Source: Pavona decussata (taxonomy: Eukaryota). Taken from it: a stretch of DNA of 64,000 nt. Position numbers and translations under genes: made by a program. Positions 1-11,100 of this stretch are shown in pieces. The notes beneath the pieces were generated by a model. It was given only the letters and a program-made list of their open reading frames with translations. It was not told the origin of the DNA and made no database searches. Each line of letters opens with the position of its first letter. Position 1 is the stretch's first letter. The stretch lies in assembly GCA_977016875.1 (NCBI GenBank), contig CDRNST010000226.1, positions 744,001-808,000 on the forward strand, given 5' to 3'.

Positions 1-1731
1 CACTGGTTAAATGGATTTCTTCAGCAAAACTGCGAAGAAGCACGAAAACGTGTTCAAGAGGAACGAAATCTTTGGAACTTAACAAACGAGAATGAAGACC
101 TTGATCTGTCAGGAATTTTCAACTTTACTGATTACGAAGAATTCAACGGACAGGGTGGTGAGGAAATTTTACCTTCTAAAACTTTTGATTCAGACGATCT
201 GTCCCAAATGAAGCCTGCGTCATTCGACGATGGTACATCGATTCACGACACTGAACGACGAACAGAACACGACGGTATTCGTCAGAATTTAAATTCCAGT
301 CCATTGGCTCAAAGAAGCGTGTCGTCGAACGATGACATATCGATTTACGATGAACGACGAACAGAGCTCGACGACATTCAAAATCACAAGGAAATTCAAG
401 TTACAACTTTGCACGAGGCTCGACAAAGTTTGAATTCCAGTCCACTGGCCTGCACAAGCACATCATCCAACGATGGCATATCTAGTGATGGCGACGATCA
501 ACGAGCTGCGCACGACGCTGGTCATACGTCTTCGGCAGATCACGTTACGTCAAAGAGCACCCAGGCGGACTGGGATTTCGAAACCGATTTAGTAGAAGTG
601 GCGAGTATGGACATAGTCCATGCAAAACAACAGCTCCAGCGGGCAATAAACGACTTCAACTCCAATGTAGTGGACAGGGAGCGAGCGGGTTTCAGACTAA
701 CGATGAAGCAGATCGAAGCAACGGTCAACGAAGTTTTAGAGGAGGTTGAGCGACTCGACAACAACTTCAAGCTACGTAGAATGAGTCCTGATAGCTACTA
801 TGAAGTGAAGTCGTGGAATGAAATAGACTTACTCATTGCGCTTGAAAACGTCTCGCTGAATGAAGTTGTCATCGAGGATATGAAAACTCCAACTGGCTAT
901 GCGCGAATACGCGTGGTATCACAGGAAGTGACGTCATTGTCGAATGTACCGTCGTCAGAGATGACCTCAGCCTTGAGCTTGAACATGACGTCATCACACC
1001 ATCAGTTATTTCAGTGGTGTACAGAAACACAGTCGGGTGAGCTGTACCTTTCGCCGAAAAAGTTATGCAAGGAATTCGCGGCGCTAGTTTCCAGAGCGGC
1101 TGGGAGAATTTTAAGAAATGGCTCCAGCGTGAACCGGAAGGGAGTTACTTTTTCTGACACAGAAGCTTCCGTGCCCTTCACAGTCAACCTCATTCCCACG
1201 GTGGAATGTCCACAGACCTGGCCGCTATGCGCTTACTGGCTCAGAAATTACACTAAAAAGTGGCCAGCGGTGGGTGTGAAGGATGACGTCATTCGTGGGG
1301 GGATGCACCTTGTTGCCTTGGTGACGAGCAAGGAGTCTGACCCTTTGTGGCGAATAAACTTTTGCGCCGCACGGCGTCATCTTCTTCGGTCTGATTGTGA
1401 AGGGAAGAAGAAATGTTTACGTATTTTGAAAGTACTCCTGGATAAAGATCTGTCGCGGCCCAAGGGCCTCCTTCCGCTGTACCTTGAGAACATAGTACTG
1501 TGGGCAAGTAGAAAACACTGGCAGGAGGAGGAATGGGCCGAGTGCATGTTACCGGAGAGGTTTTTGGAGATGTTAATGGCCCTGCATAAGTGTTTGGAGA
1601 ACAAAGACTGTTACAATTTCTTTGTGCCAACCATGAATCTCTTCAGCAACTTGAGACCCGAGGTTGTCCAAATGTTAGCTGCGAAAGTGAAGGATGTCTT
1701 GCATGATCCTTTCAAGTACCTAAAGAGTTAA
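1..1731 (+). CDS. Mab-21/cGAS-like (cGLR) nucleotidyltransferase-fold protein, 5' end outside window
   Basis: The frame of ORF 208..1731 is open from base 1 (HWLNGFLQQNCEEARKR...). The C-terminal ~370 aa follow the Mab-21 motif order: DSYYE..NEIDLLIAL, YLSPKKL, VNLIPT..WP, WRINF, KKKCLRILK, CLENKDCYNFFVPTMNLF. The N-terminus is acidic and Ser-rich with an internal repeat. Confidence 0.88.
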   Translation, partial: HWLNGFLQQNCEEARKRVQEERNLWNLTNENEDLDLSGIFNFTDYEEFNGQGGEEILPSKTFDSDDLSQMKPASFDDGTSIHDTERRTEHDGIRQNLNSSPLAQRSVSSNDDISIYDERRTELDDIQNHKEIQVTTLHEARQSLNSSPLACTSTSSNDGISSDGDDQRAAHDAGHTSSADHVTSKSTQADWDFETDLVEVASMDIVHAKQQLQRAINDFNSNVVDRERAGFRLTMKQIEATVNEVLEEVERLDNNFKLRRMSPDSYYEVKSWNEIDLLIALENVSLNEVVIEDMKTPTGYARIRVVSQEVTSLSNVPSSEMTSALSLNMTSSHHQLFQWCTETQSGELYLSPKKLCKEFAALVSRAAGRILRNGSSVNRKGVTFSDTEASVPFTVNLIPTVECPQTWPLCAYWLRNYTKKWPAVGVKDDVIRGGMHLVALVTSKESDPLWRINFCAARRHLLRSDCEGKKKCLRILKVLLDKDLSRPKGLLPLYLENIVLWASRKHWQEEEWAECMLPERFLEMLMALHKCLENKDCYNFFVPTMNLFSNLRPEVVQMLAAKVKDVLHDPFKYLKS

Positions 1732-1938
1732 GTATGCGCAACAAGGTTTATGCGCATGTTCAATTAAAAAAGTCTTTTTTACGATATAAAAGACAAAAAT
1801 CCTTTCCAAATTCACCGGAAGACCCTTCTGCCACGTTTCAAACGAGAACGGTGGTGGGGAAGGGGAGGGGGGATGAACCGCGTTTAACACAGTAAGGCTA
1901 TTGCAGGCTCCCGTGGAGTGATGGAGTGCGGCGAATAA

Positions 1939-2175
1939 GGACGCTTTCGATTCGACCAAAAATTCCAGAAATTCAGTATGAGGAATCGAATGAACCACAA
2001 ATTTTCCGGAAGGAAACTTCGGAAATCTGTGTATACCTTGCAAGGTTGTCCAATAATGATCCTGAAAATCGGAACTGCCTTGAAAATTCCGTTCCATTCG
2101 GCGATTACCACTCGCATTCAGCTCCTAAATTTTTCGAAACTTCAAAAACGAACGTTTGGCCGAATGGAAAACGTA
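1939..2175. mobile_element. Degenerate MITE
   Basis: Imperfect inverted ends: GGACGCTTTCGATTCGACC ... GGCCGAATGGAAAACGT. Confidence 0.5.
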
Positions 2176-3146
2176 AAAAACCTAAAATGTTTCCTTACAA
2201 ATTGAATACAACAAATACAATCGTGAAACTCCTGTCTGGCGGATGAGTTGCCATCCTATCGGGAGACGTCCGAGAATGACGACACCTTATCGATTTTCCA
2301 CGAAGACTTGACTCGGGCGATTTCCGAAGTTGACGGGTGTAAAAACTGTTCAAATTCAAAAAAGGAAGCAAAATGCAGACAGAGATTTTTACACACGAAA
2401 TAACTGAAGCGTTTAGAGTTTTATTATCATACAGTGGTAAAAAATAGCACTTGCCTGACGCAAGTCTGACTTAAATATTATTTACCAAATCAAAATACCT
2501 TTTGTAATTAAAATATAACTGCATGTAAGTTAACTGAAAAGCCTGCATGAGATTTCTTGCCCGTTTCCATTGGTCCTACAGAGAGATTACACGGCGGCCA
2601 TTGTGGAGGTAAAGAACAATACAAATATTTGCATGAAAATAAGATTTATTTCCTAAAGGAAAATCATTTTTTTGTTTTGTACTTCCAATAATATCGCCAC
2701 GTGAAAAAGTCCTCTATTTAATTATATGCAAACTAATTAGCTATCTTTGTTCTTGAAAATGAATGTCTTACGATTAAAGCTAACTGAATCTACAAGCAGC
2801 GTCAAAATTGTCGAGACACTATGATTTCCAAGAGTATTTTCTCGTATCCTACGCAATTAACCCGTCTGCCCCCAAAATATTTCCCACCCTCCCGCCCCAA
2901 TCCCTCTTGGCAGCGATACAGCATTGAATAAACCGGCTGTTAGCATAACCCGTGGCCAATCATTGAAACAATCCCCCAATCTGACATAGCGGGGTAATGC
3001 GCCAAGCCAACTATCAAAGACTATCTTGATAGAAACCAACAGCAAGCTTTTTAATTGTTAATTGGAAAACTCCTGCCAAAAGTCGTTCACTAGCACTGGG
3101 TTATGACGAAATTGCTAAAACGCCCATGTGTTCAAACCAAAAAATT

Positions 3147-3162
3147 GGCCGTTTTTATACTA

Positions 3163-3196
<34 letters not shown>

Positions 3197-3221
3197 AACA
3201 TTTGTTGCTCGTCTGGTTATT

Positions 3222-3264
<43 letters not shown>

Positions 3265-3318
3265 AACAAACTATTTTCCGTTGTGCGTCGTTCAAGTCGA
3301 ATAACGGAAGATAATTCG

Positions 3319-3353
<35 letters not shown>

Positions 3354-3438
3354 GCTAGAGACGAATAACCAGACGAGAAATAAATATTTGCCCAAGTTCG
3401 TCCAGACGGATGATGCGTCCTCTAGTATAAAAACGGCC
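3147..3438. mobile_element. Foldback/hairpin MITE (Harbinger-like), ~135-bp arms
   Basis: Near-perfect palindrome with GGCCGTTTTTATACTAGAGGACGCA at the left end and TGCGTCCTCTAGTATAAAAACGGCC at the right. ATT flanks both sides as a 3-bp TSD. This explains the mirror ORFs 3103..3504 and 3132..3440. Confidence 0.85.
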
Positions 3439-3504
3439 ATTGACAGTAAACATGCTTATGTTTCCTTCCAGCCAGAGACGAAACCAAAACCGATCACGAA
3501 TTAG

Positions 3505-3630
3505 CACAGGCGTGGTTTTCCCGCGCTTCACACCGGTCGCCATTTTATTCGTTGTTTTTCCCGCCCTTGGCAGCGGTCACACGTTTTCCCGCGCTTGACA
3601 CCAATTGCCACCAGCCGGTCGCATGTTTTT
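3505..3630. repeat. Degenerate minisatellite (TTTTCCCGCGCTT core)
   Basis: Three imperfect TTTTCCCGC(G/C)CTT-centred units. Confidence 0.55.
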
Positions 3631-4910
3631 GACTCAAGTTCTATGTCGTATTAAAACGTATGTTTTGGACTTCGTCAGTGGTTCAAAAATTGCTTAACAA
3701 TATGCAACTTCATTAGTGAGAGTATTAAGTAGTTATGTTTAAGAATGTTTAAATTTCGTGCACGTATGCTTAATAATTGTTATATACCTTCATTATTTAT
3801 TAATTATTTTTAATTCTTCCACTATATAAATGTAAACATCTTGCAAATTTATAACAAGGTGTCATTATGTAAATATTACAATCGCTTTAAATAAACGCTA
3901 AAAGATACCTTTTAAGTGTACTGTACGAGCATTCAACGTGGCCACAAAGAGAACCATTATCCCAAAAACGCGTCATGCTTTGAACCGATACCTAATCGAT
4001 TTGCGGTTTAAAAAAATGCATCGTCAATTTAAAGAATAATTTAAGTAAAAATACAAACATCTGCTATGATTAAAAATGATGGTAAAAGCTTATACCTGTA
4101 AGTTGAAAAACAGTTTGTAAAACGCATTTAAAGGACACTAGTTTGCACGTGTTTAGTCTTGGGACGTGTAATCGGCAAATTAGCGACCACAGCAATACCT
4201 TAAAAATATCTTAAAAGTCGATAAAGACTTCAGCTTACCTCAAGACGGATTTTCTAGTGCCCTAATTTCAAGTACGAAAAATTTATTCAAAATCTGAAAA
4301 CCGCAACAAAAGTTTTATGGACAAAGGACGGCAAACACAGGGGATCTCGAAACAAGACGCACCTATGGCATTAGCGAAGATGCTTGTCCCGGAGACTTGA
4401 TTTTTTTCCCAAAAAGATCACACGAAGGGCACTAATCACCTCACGTGAAGATCTGGTAAACTTCAAAATTTTTAGAAGGATTCAAACGATATGCCTCTAT
4501 TGAAACGTCTTGACAGTTTCACGGGAACTGATTCAAAGCATAAAAATGTGTTAAGCATGAAATCACATCTCAAATAAGCGTCAAAAAGTATATAAATAAG
4601 CGAGTTTGATTGGCGCAAAAATGTACGCGAATGATTTGGTTAGGATGGAATTCTCCCACACTCACATCCGATCGTGCTCTACATTTTCTGAGCCTTTTCC
4701 AGTTCTATTTTGTTTTGTCGTTATTTCAAATTACTGAACATCCAGTGACCATTGACGCAAATGTCGGCTTGCATTGCCCTTCAAAATAAACTTTCCCACT
4801 CAAAACCTCTCTGCGTTCACCTAGGTACTGGCTTTGACTCGCTAACAGGCGCTTCTTGACACCATTCATTCACGGGTTGATTTCTGCTCTTCTAGAAGCA
4901 CAAATTACGT

Positions 4911-7900
4911 CTAGACGGAAGAGTCACCAGGCTTGTGGCCGTTGCGTTGCGAGAACTTTCTCACGCCGGGGAAGCTGTTGTTGGCGGGGCTTTGTGAGCC
5001 GTGCGCTAGCAACTGTTCCTGTCTAAGGAGCAAGCTGTCCAAAAGAGAGTCAAACCTCGAGTTCATGTGCTCGAGCAAGGCCTGGAGCTTAGCATCTACT
5101 CGTCCCAGGATTCTTTTCTCCGCGGCGTAGATGTTTGTTGTGATGGAGTTGTAAACCGACAAACATCCGGGACACCCACACTCGGCGCACCTGAAGCAAA
5201 GCGACCCGTGTTGATCAATTACAGTCAACCCAGGTCACGCGTGAACAGAATTTCCAAGAATGAAATGAACATTCGAATTTCTCTTTGTAATGTCCGACGT
5301 GTGAATGGAATGTTGGACATTTCTCTAAAAATCGTTCCGAAAAAGACGCATTAACTGAAAAAAAAAGATTCAAAATACTTGAGAAACAATTGTTATTCTT
5401 GAAATATTCAATTTTGCAATGTAAAGAAAAATGCATAGCTTTATCCTGTCAATAAGCTAGGGAAATTTATGCGGGAACTCCGAAATCTCGTTGGCGATGT
5501 TCAAAACTGACATGTAAATTTCAAAACTCCGTTCAAATTTCGAAAATACCGTTCACGCGTGACCTGGGTTGACTGTAAACCGCTATTTTCGCTTGAAGTG
5601 AAATATCGTGCAAAACTAACAACGTGTTACATGGTTCACGCTGAAACATGCTATCAAACAAGATTTTGAGAATGATGTGTTATTCAGTGAGTGACACAGG
5701 CACACTCGGAAAAGAGGAAATCCGAGTGCTACTAGAGTTGAACCTTCCGATTACTAGTTCGGATGCTTTACCACTGAGTTACAGGAGACTCGTGGGAGCT
5801 AAGGCCATTAAACTACGCTCATGTGACAAACATCCTGCATACTGCTAGGATTTGAATGTCAATGTGTGGCATATGCACGATGGAATAAACGGTTAAATAT
5901 ATGGGGAAAAAAGTTTAAATAAAATAGTCAAGAGTGTCATGATGTAGAAGGCCACAAACGCTACGGGAAATGATGGATTTCTTTCACATCATGACACTCT
6001 TCCTTATGTTTGTTACATACATTTTTTTCTAATTTTCGTTTCCTTTCATACACTATCATCCTACCTGGCCTTACTGCCGGAGTCTGGGCCATCAGACTCA
6101 GTTTTATCCAACGGCGCAGGCGCAGGAGCTTGCTCGGCCAGAGCTCGTTCCAAAGCCCGCTTGTCTTCCAAACAAAACGACTGAGCCCGTGGGTTCATCT
6201 GAGCATGCGTGGGCACAGGCAATGCACTCCCAAGGGACACTGGTCTAGCTTTTCGGACCATGTTGCGACTCGCGCGGACACGTGACTGGAGGTAGGTTTC
6301 CCAGCGATGCTTTGCGAGTGTGGGCGATTCTGGCGTGTCCATCTTTCCATTTTCGACTGAGGCTGAGGGCGTGTCTGTTGCCGCTTCCGGCTTCTTGTCT
6401 ACCATTAGGCCAGCTAGCATGTTAATGAAATCTCCATCGCTTTCCGGGCTGCCAGGCAAGTCTCTTCCTGTGAAAAGAAAGCCAATTTTGTGACACATAG
6501 ACTAGAGGGTTAGTTCCTAAAGTAATTGCGGTATTGCGTTGGTGAGGAGTAGAAACGAATGTTCGGTTTATCAACAGAGTTGGCAAGGTAAGTTGGTCAC
6601 CGTAAAAAGATTCGTCAGAGCGAATCCGTCACACAGTTGAGTGTTTTGAAACAAATATATTGCTATCACAGAAAACTATTCTACCGCTTTCAGTTGCAAA
6701 AGAGAGCGATGTTGCGTGGTAAAGGAGCTTCGTGTAACTAAGGAGAATATTATATAATTTCTCTAGTACAGCACCGCCCACCCCCCCCCCCACCCCCCGT
6801 CCCCCACTCCCAAACATGCATAGTCTTTAGACACTGTTAAAGACAACTCTTCTGTAATTTTCCTTCAGTGATATCTTTTACTTTATATGAAGTGAATATC
6901 GACATATAAATGACTTTTGCCTTGGAAAAACGAAACCGTGTGCGTGTGTGTGCCCGTTCCTACCCAAAGTAAATATACGGTTATGAAACTTATCATTGGA
7001 TATGGAAAAGAAGCGCCCAGTTCCTTGCAACTGGGTCATGGAATCCCACGAAAAATAACTAATCAGGCGGACCATTAACGCGCACTTACGATGCTATCTT
7101 TGTAATGCATCACATGAAAGGATTATAATATACTGCCTGATAAAAATCGTTGCTTGAGAATGAGTTTTCGTGTCAAGAAGCTGTGTTTGAAGCACTTCCT
7201 ACGATGCAATCCTTGTAAACACACTTTTGTAAGTTCAACATTCCACTGAATGTTCAAAGCCGACGTTTTTGACAAAGTTCTGACAGAGTTCTCATTTCCC
7301 TACAGCAAACTTAGTTCAAACTTGTTTCTAGCCGCATGCATCAGATTAGGAAAACCTTGTTTGAGATTTACCGCTTTCTGCGGTGAAACTACCAAGTATA
7401 AATGCGCTTTCGTTTTTTGACGCATTCGTACTCCGTGACACACCCTAAACGTTTCTTGAATTTTTTTTATCATTCAAAAGCAAAATGTTGAGATTTTATT
7501 TTATTTTATTACTCATAAATTTAAAAAACATATATCTCACCCATTCTTTCGATTTTCTCTTCTTCCTCAAGTTGCTTAGCACGTGCCATTGCTTGAGATA
7601 AGATACTTGCTTCACTTCCAGACAAATTTGTAGCACCAAGATCCGACCGAGGACCATTGCCAACACTGAGGGATCTGCCTCGATGTACTGCCGCCGCATG
7701 ACCACTTTGGGCCTAACATACAAACAAAACTGATTTAGTTGAACGGTGAAGAATGCAAGGGAAGAGTGAGGCAAAAATCATGTCCACCTTACTCATACTT
7801 TCGAACTGCACTTGTGCACGGCTTGCTCAGGTGCCTTAAGGACGGTGCCTACTTTTGTTACTGCGCATACGTTCTGCGTATCTCGAGATACTCGGGTTCC

Positions 7901-8108
7901 CTATGGGTGGTGCCTACTAATACAGGGATAATTTTGCGCGGTTAAAAACTATGTGGAGAAAGCAGAACTGAGCAAGTGCCCTTGGTATCCAAAAAGGAAA
8001 CTGGGGGGTAACCATTCATGTTTCAGAGAAAAAAAAAACGCCAAAAAACGTCATACATGCCTTTGTATTACTCAGATTTTTAGCATAGTTGTTGCTTAAT
8101 TGTCTCTA

Positions 8109-8144
<36 letters not shown>

Positions 8145-11100
8145 TCCAGTAGCCCTTGCTAAGATCTGCTCTTCCGTCATAGTCATAAACCACACAAAAA
8201 CACTTCAGTGTTAGTAGGCACCATCCTTAACGGTAAACCTATAATTTCCAACATCAACACGCATATTCTCCATACTGTTGTCTCTATATTCTATGGTACT
8301 AGTTGCGAGAATTTGTTTAAAAATCAAGACAGCTCATCTTTGGTGATTATTTCCTTTATTCTCATGAGCCGTATGCTTGGTCAACTAGTGATATTGTAAA
8401 GAGAAATTACATGCTGATCACTATTAGGGCTTACAGGGTTAATAGGGAGGAGGGGAAGGAGGGAGGGAAGTCTGAAATCCTCACTTTCAATACCCTCCAG
8501 CTCTCACCTCTTGTGCTTTTGAGATTGCAAAATATATACAGTATATATCTGTAATAATTATTGAACTAACATGAGGTCTGTATTGGGAAAATATTGGTCA
8601 AGTTCTTTTTTGCAAAAAAGGGATGAGACCAATTTTTTCCCCATAGAGAACGAACAAGCTAGTTCAATAAGGTTTTTGTTAATATATAGACTTTCCTTCT
8701 TGTTGCTTTCTAGTCCACGTAAAAGTTCATGTTCAAGCAGTGTGAAAAAAGTGCAAAAAATGAAAAACTCTGACATGACAGTTTGAACAGTTCTTACTTC
8801 ATAAGCTTGATCTGAAACATCTTTGCTTTGTTTTTCGTCAAAATTGAAACACTTTTCTCCTTTTGAAGCGTATGTTTTAATGCAAGCGGTCCATCTTAGC
8901 TGTCCGTATAGGAAAATTCGGATCACTCAGGGAACCAATCTGAATGCTCCTTTTCAACGCTGACCAGTTCAACTATATAATAAAGTTATATTCTTCCTAG
9001 CATCTCAAAAGGCATTTTCTCCTGGGGTCAGTACACCAAACTGCTATAGGGATATGGTGGCCATGTAGTTTAAGTACATCACACCCCTAACACTTGTCTG
9101 GCATCTAAGGGGACAAAGAAATTCCTGCTAATTTTATTCACCAACCATTTGCTTGCTTTCCATTGCTTCCAAGAGTTGCTGAGCCTCGGGGGAGAGCTGT
9201 TTACCCAAACTGTCCAGATAACTTCTCACATTTGCTATATCCACTTGGCCTGGGATTAAACTCTGGTGAATATGAATGAAGACAATGGATGAGAACTGTG
9301 TCTACTACATTATCAAAATATATTTATTAATACTATAATTATTGAGCATTACATCACATCATTTAAGTGCCAGAAGGGTGATGTTTCACAAATTTGGGAT
9401 ACATTGGCCAAACAGACTGATACAGTTTTAAATAATGAACAAGGCCCAGAGTGGGGTGCAGGATTTCACAACCTGAATACATTTTTTTCACATGCAAATA
9501 AAGCAGAATTTTGCAACATCTACAGCAATATGTATTTCTATAAAGCCTGTACTTTTACATGGATGGTATTTTACTGCAGCAAGGAAATATAATTATTGCC
9601 TCCAGGTTAACTTTGCCGACATTTGCAGCTACATTGCATTTTACTTGTGACTTTGTACAAGGAACACTATTCTTACTAATAAGGATGCAAGCTGATGTCA
9701 AGTGTTTAGAAAATTGATATAAAATATGTTTTTTCAATAGTTTCTTGAAATTTAAGGCAGCTAAAACTCCCTTAAAGGCACTAGTTAGGAAAGAATTTCA
9801 AAAGTAATATAGTTGGTTTTCTGACCTGTGCAGGTGAAAGAGTGCTTGATCTTGCAACCCTCACAACAATAGTCTGAAGTCTCATGGAGTTTTCCTCGGA
9901 ATATGATAGGAACTAAAGAAAAGCAACGGACTCAGAATCAAGACAGACGTTGTAAATGATAGCCACATCAATGAACACAACCATAGCCAGTAGGGGTTGG
10001 GACACTTGGCAATTTTAATTTCTAGCAATTTTCATTCAGGAGCTAAAGCACAGAAGGCTGAAGTTCATGAGCCATGGACAGCAACCAAAAGTGAAACATT
10101 TCACTTGTTAGCTTGTTTTTGCTTGTTGCAAAGGACTGGCGGACATCTGGTGAGAAATTACACGTATCTAACAAGTGGTTAAAGTACGATCCATGGAAGG
10201 GCATGCTTTGTTCGCTCTGCCTACAGTCGAAGTCAAGACCACAAAAATGCTCTTCAAGAGGTCAAAATATTCAGCAGAACACAAGAGTAGTCAGTAAATT
10301 GTCACTGCAAATCTAAATGTCCCCACTTCCCCCTCCCCCCCCCCCCCCCAAAAAAAGAAATTACTGACCAGGAGACATTGTCCCCTGAGGTGAGATCTCT
10401 AGATCAGACACTGGTAAATTAACTCAGTTAATTATTACCTTTAACAAGCATCGACACGTTCCATGAATGAACTCTGTAAGGTCAAACTCAGTTTCAAATA
10501 AAGACACTTTTCTGAAAAGAAGACAAAAAGAAATATTAGTTTTGCCAATCTCAGAGGGCCTTTGATAGTTCTATGTCTCCTTCAGAGAGGGGGAAATTAA
10601 CACTTTCAAGAAGGAACTTTGCAAAGTCCCCCCCCCCCCCCCCACCAATGCCCGGGGGATGGCTGACAATAGGTGCATTACATGTATAATAAACCTGTAT
10701 AAACGCTCATTCACCTGCTTCTAGATCCTAGCATTCTACTATGAAACTTTACCCTGCCACAAATTTCTCATGATCTACAAAGATCTTTGGATAAAGAAGC
10801 CCAAATTTTCAGGGTTCATGTAACAAAAGATGGCATCCAACAAACCCCATGGATTTTTTGATTGAGAAAGATGTTTGGTGGGATGCATGTTATAACCACA
10901 GTGCAGACCTGCAGAGTGAAAAAAACACTGTGTGAAATGGGTTCATTTTCAAGAAAATTATTTCAAAAGATGCCTGGGATTAATCAGAGCTACCATTGTG
11001 GTAAATAATATTATGCACACACAAGCAACTGTATTCAAATAATATGATACCTTCCTTTCCTAATGGTAAGCATAATGCCCCTCGCTGTTTTTTCATAGTT

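Noticed and set aside
3103-3504. Near-identical ORFs on both strands
   Set aside because: By-product of a palindromic MITE.
5685-5800. tRNA gene
   Set aside because: Only A/B-box remnants with no cloverleaf; SINE-like. The same applies to 60845-60990.
6500-6627. Possible second hammerhead-bearing repeat remnant (TTCGTCAGAGCGAAT)
   Set aside because: The central core, including the GAAA part, is missing, so it cannot form a ribozyme.
7900-7915. CTATGGGTGGT match to the snoRNA guide target
   Set aside because: It lies inside a MITE with no C/D boxes; chance match.
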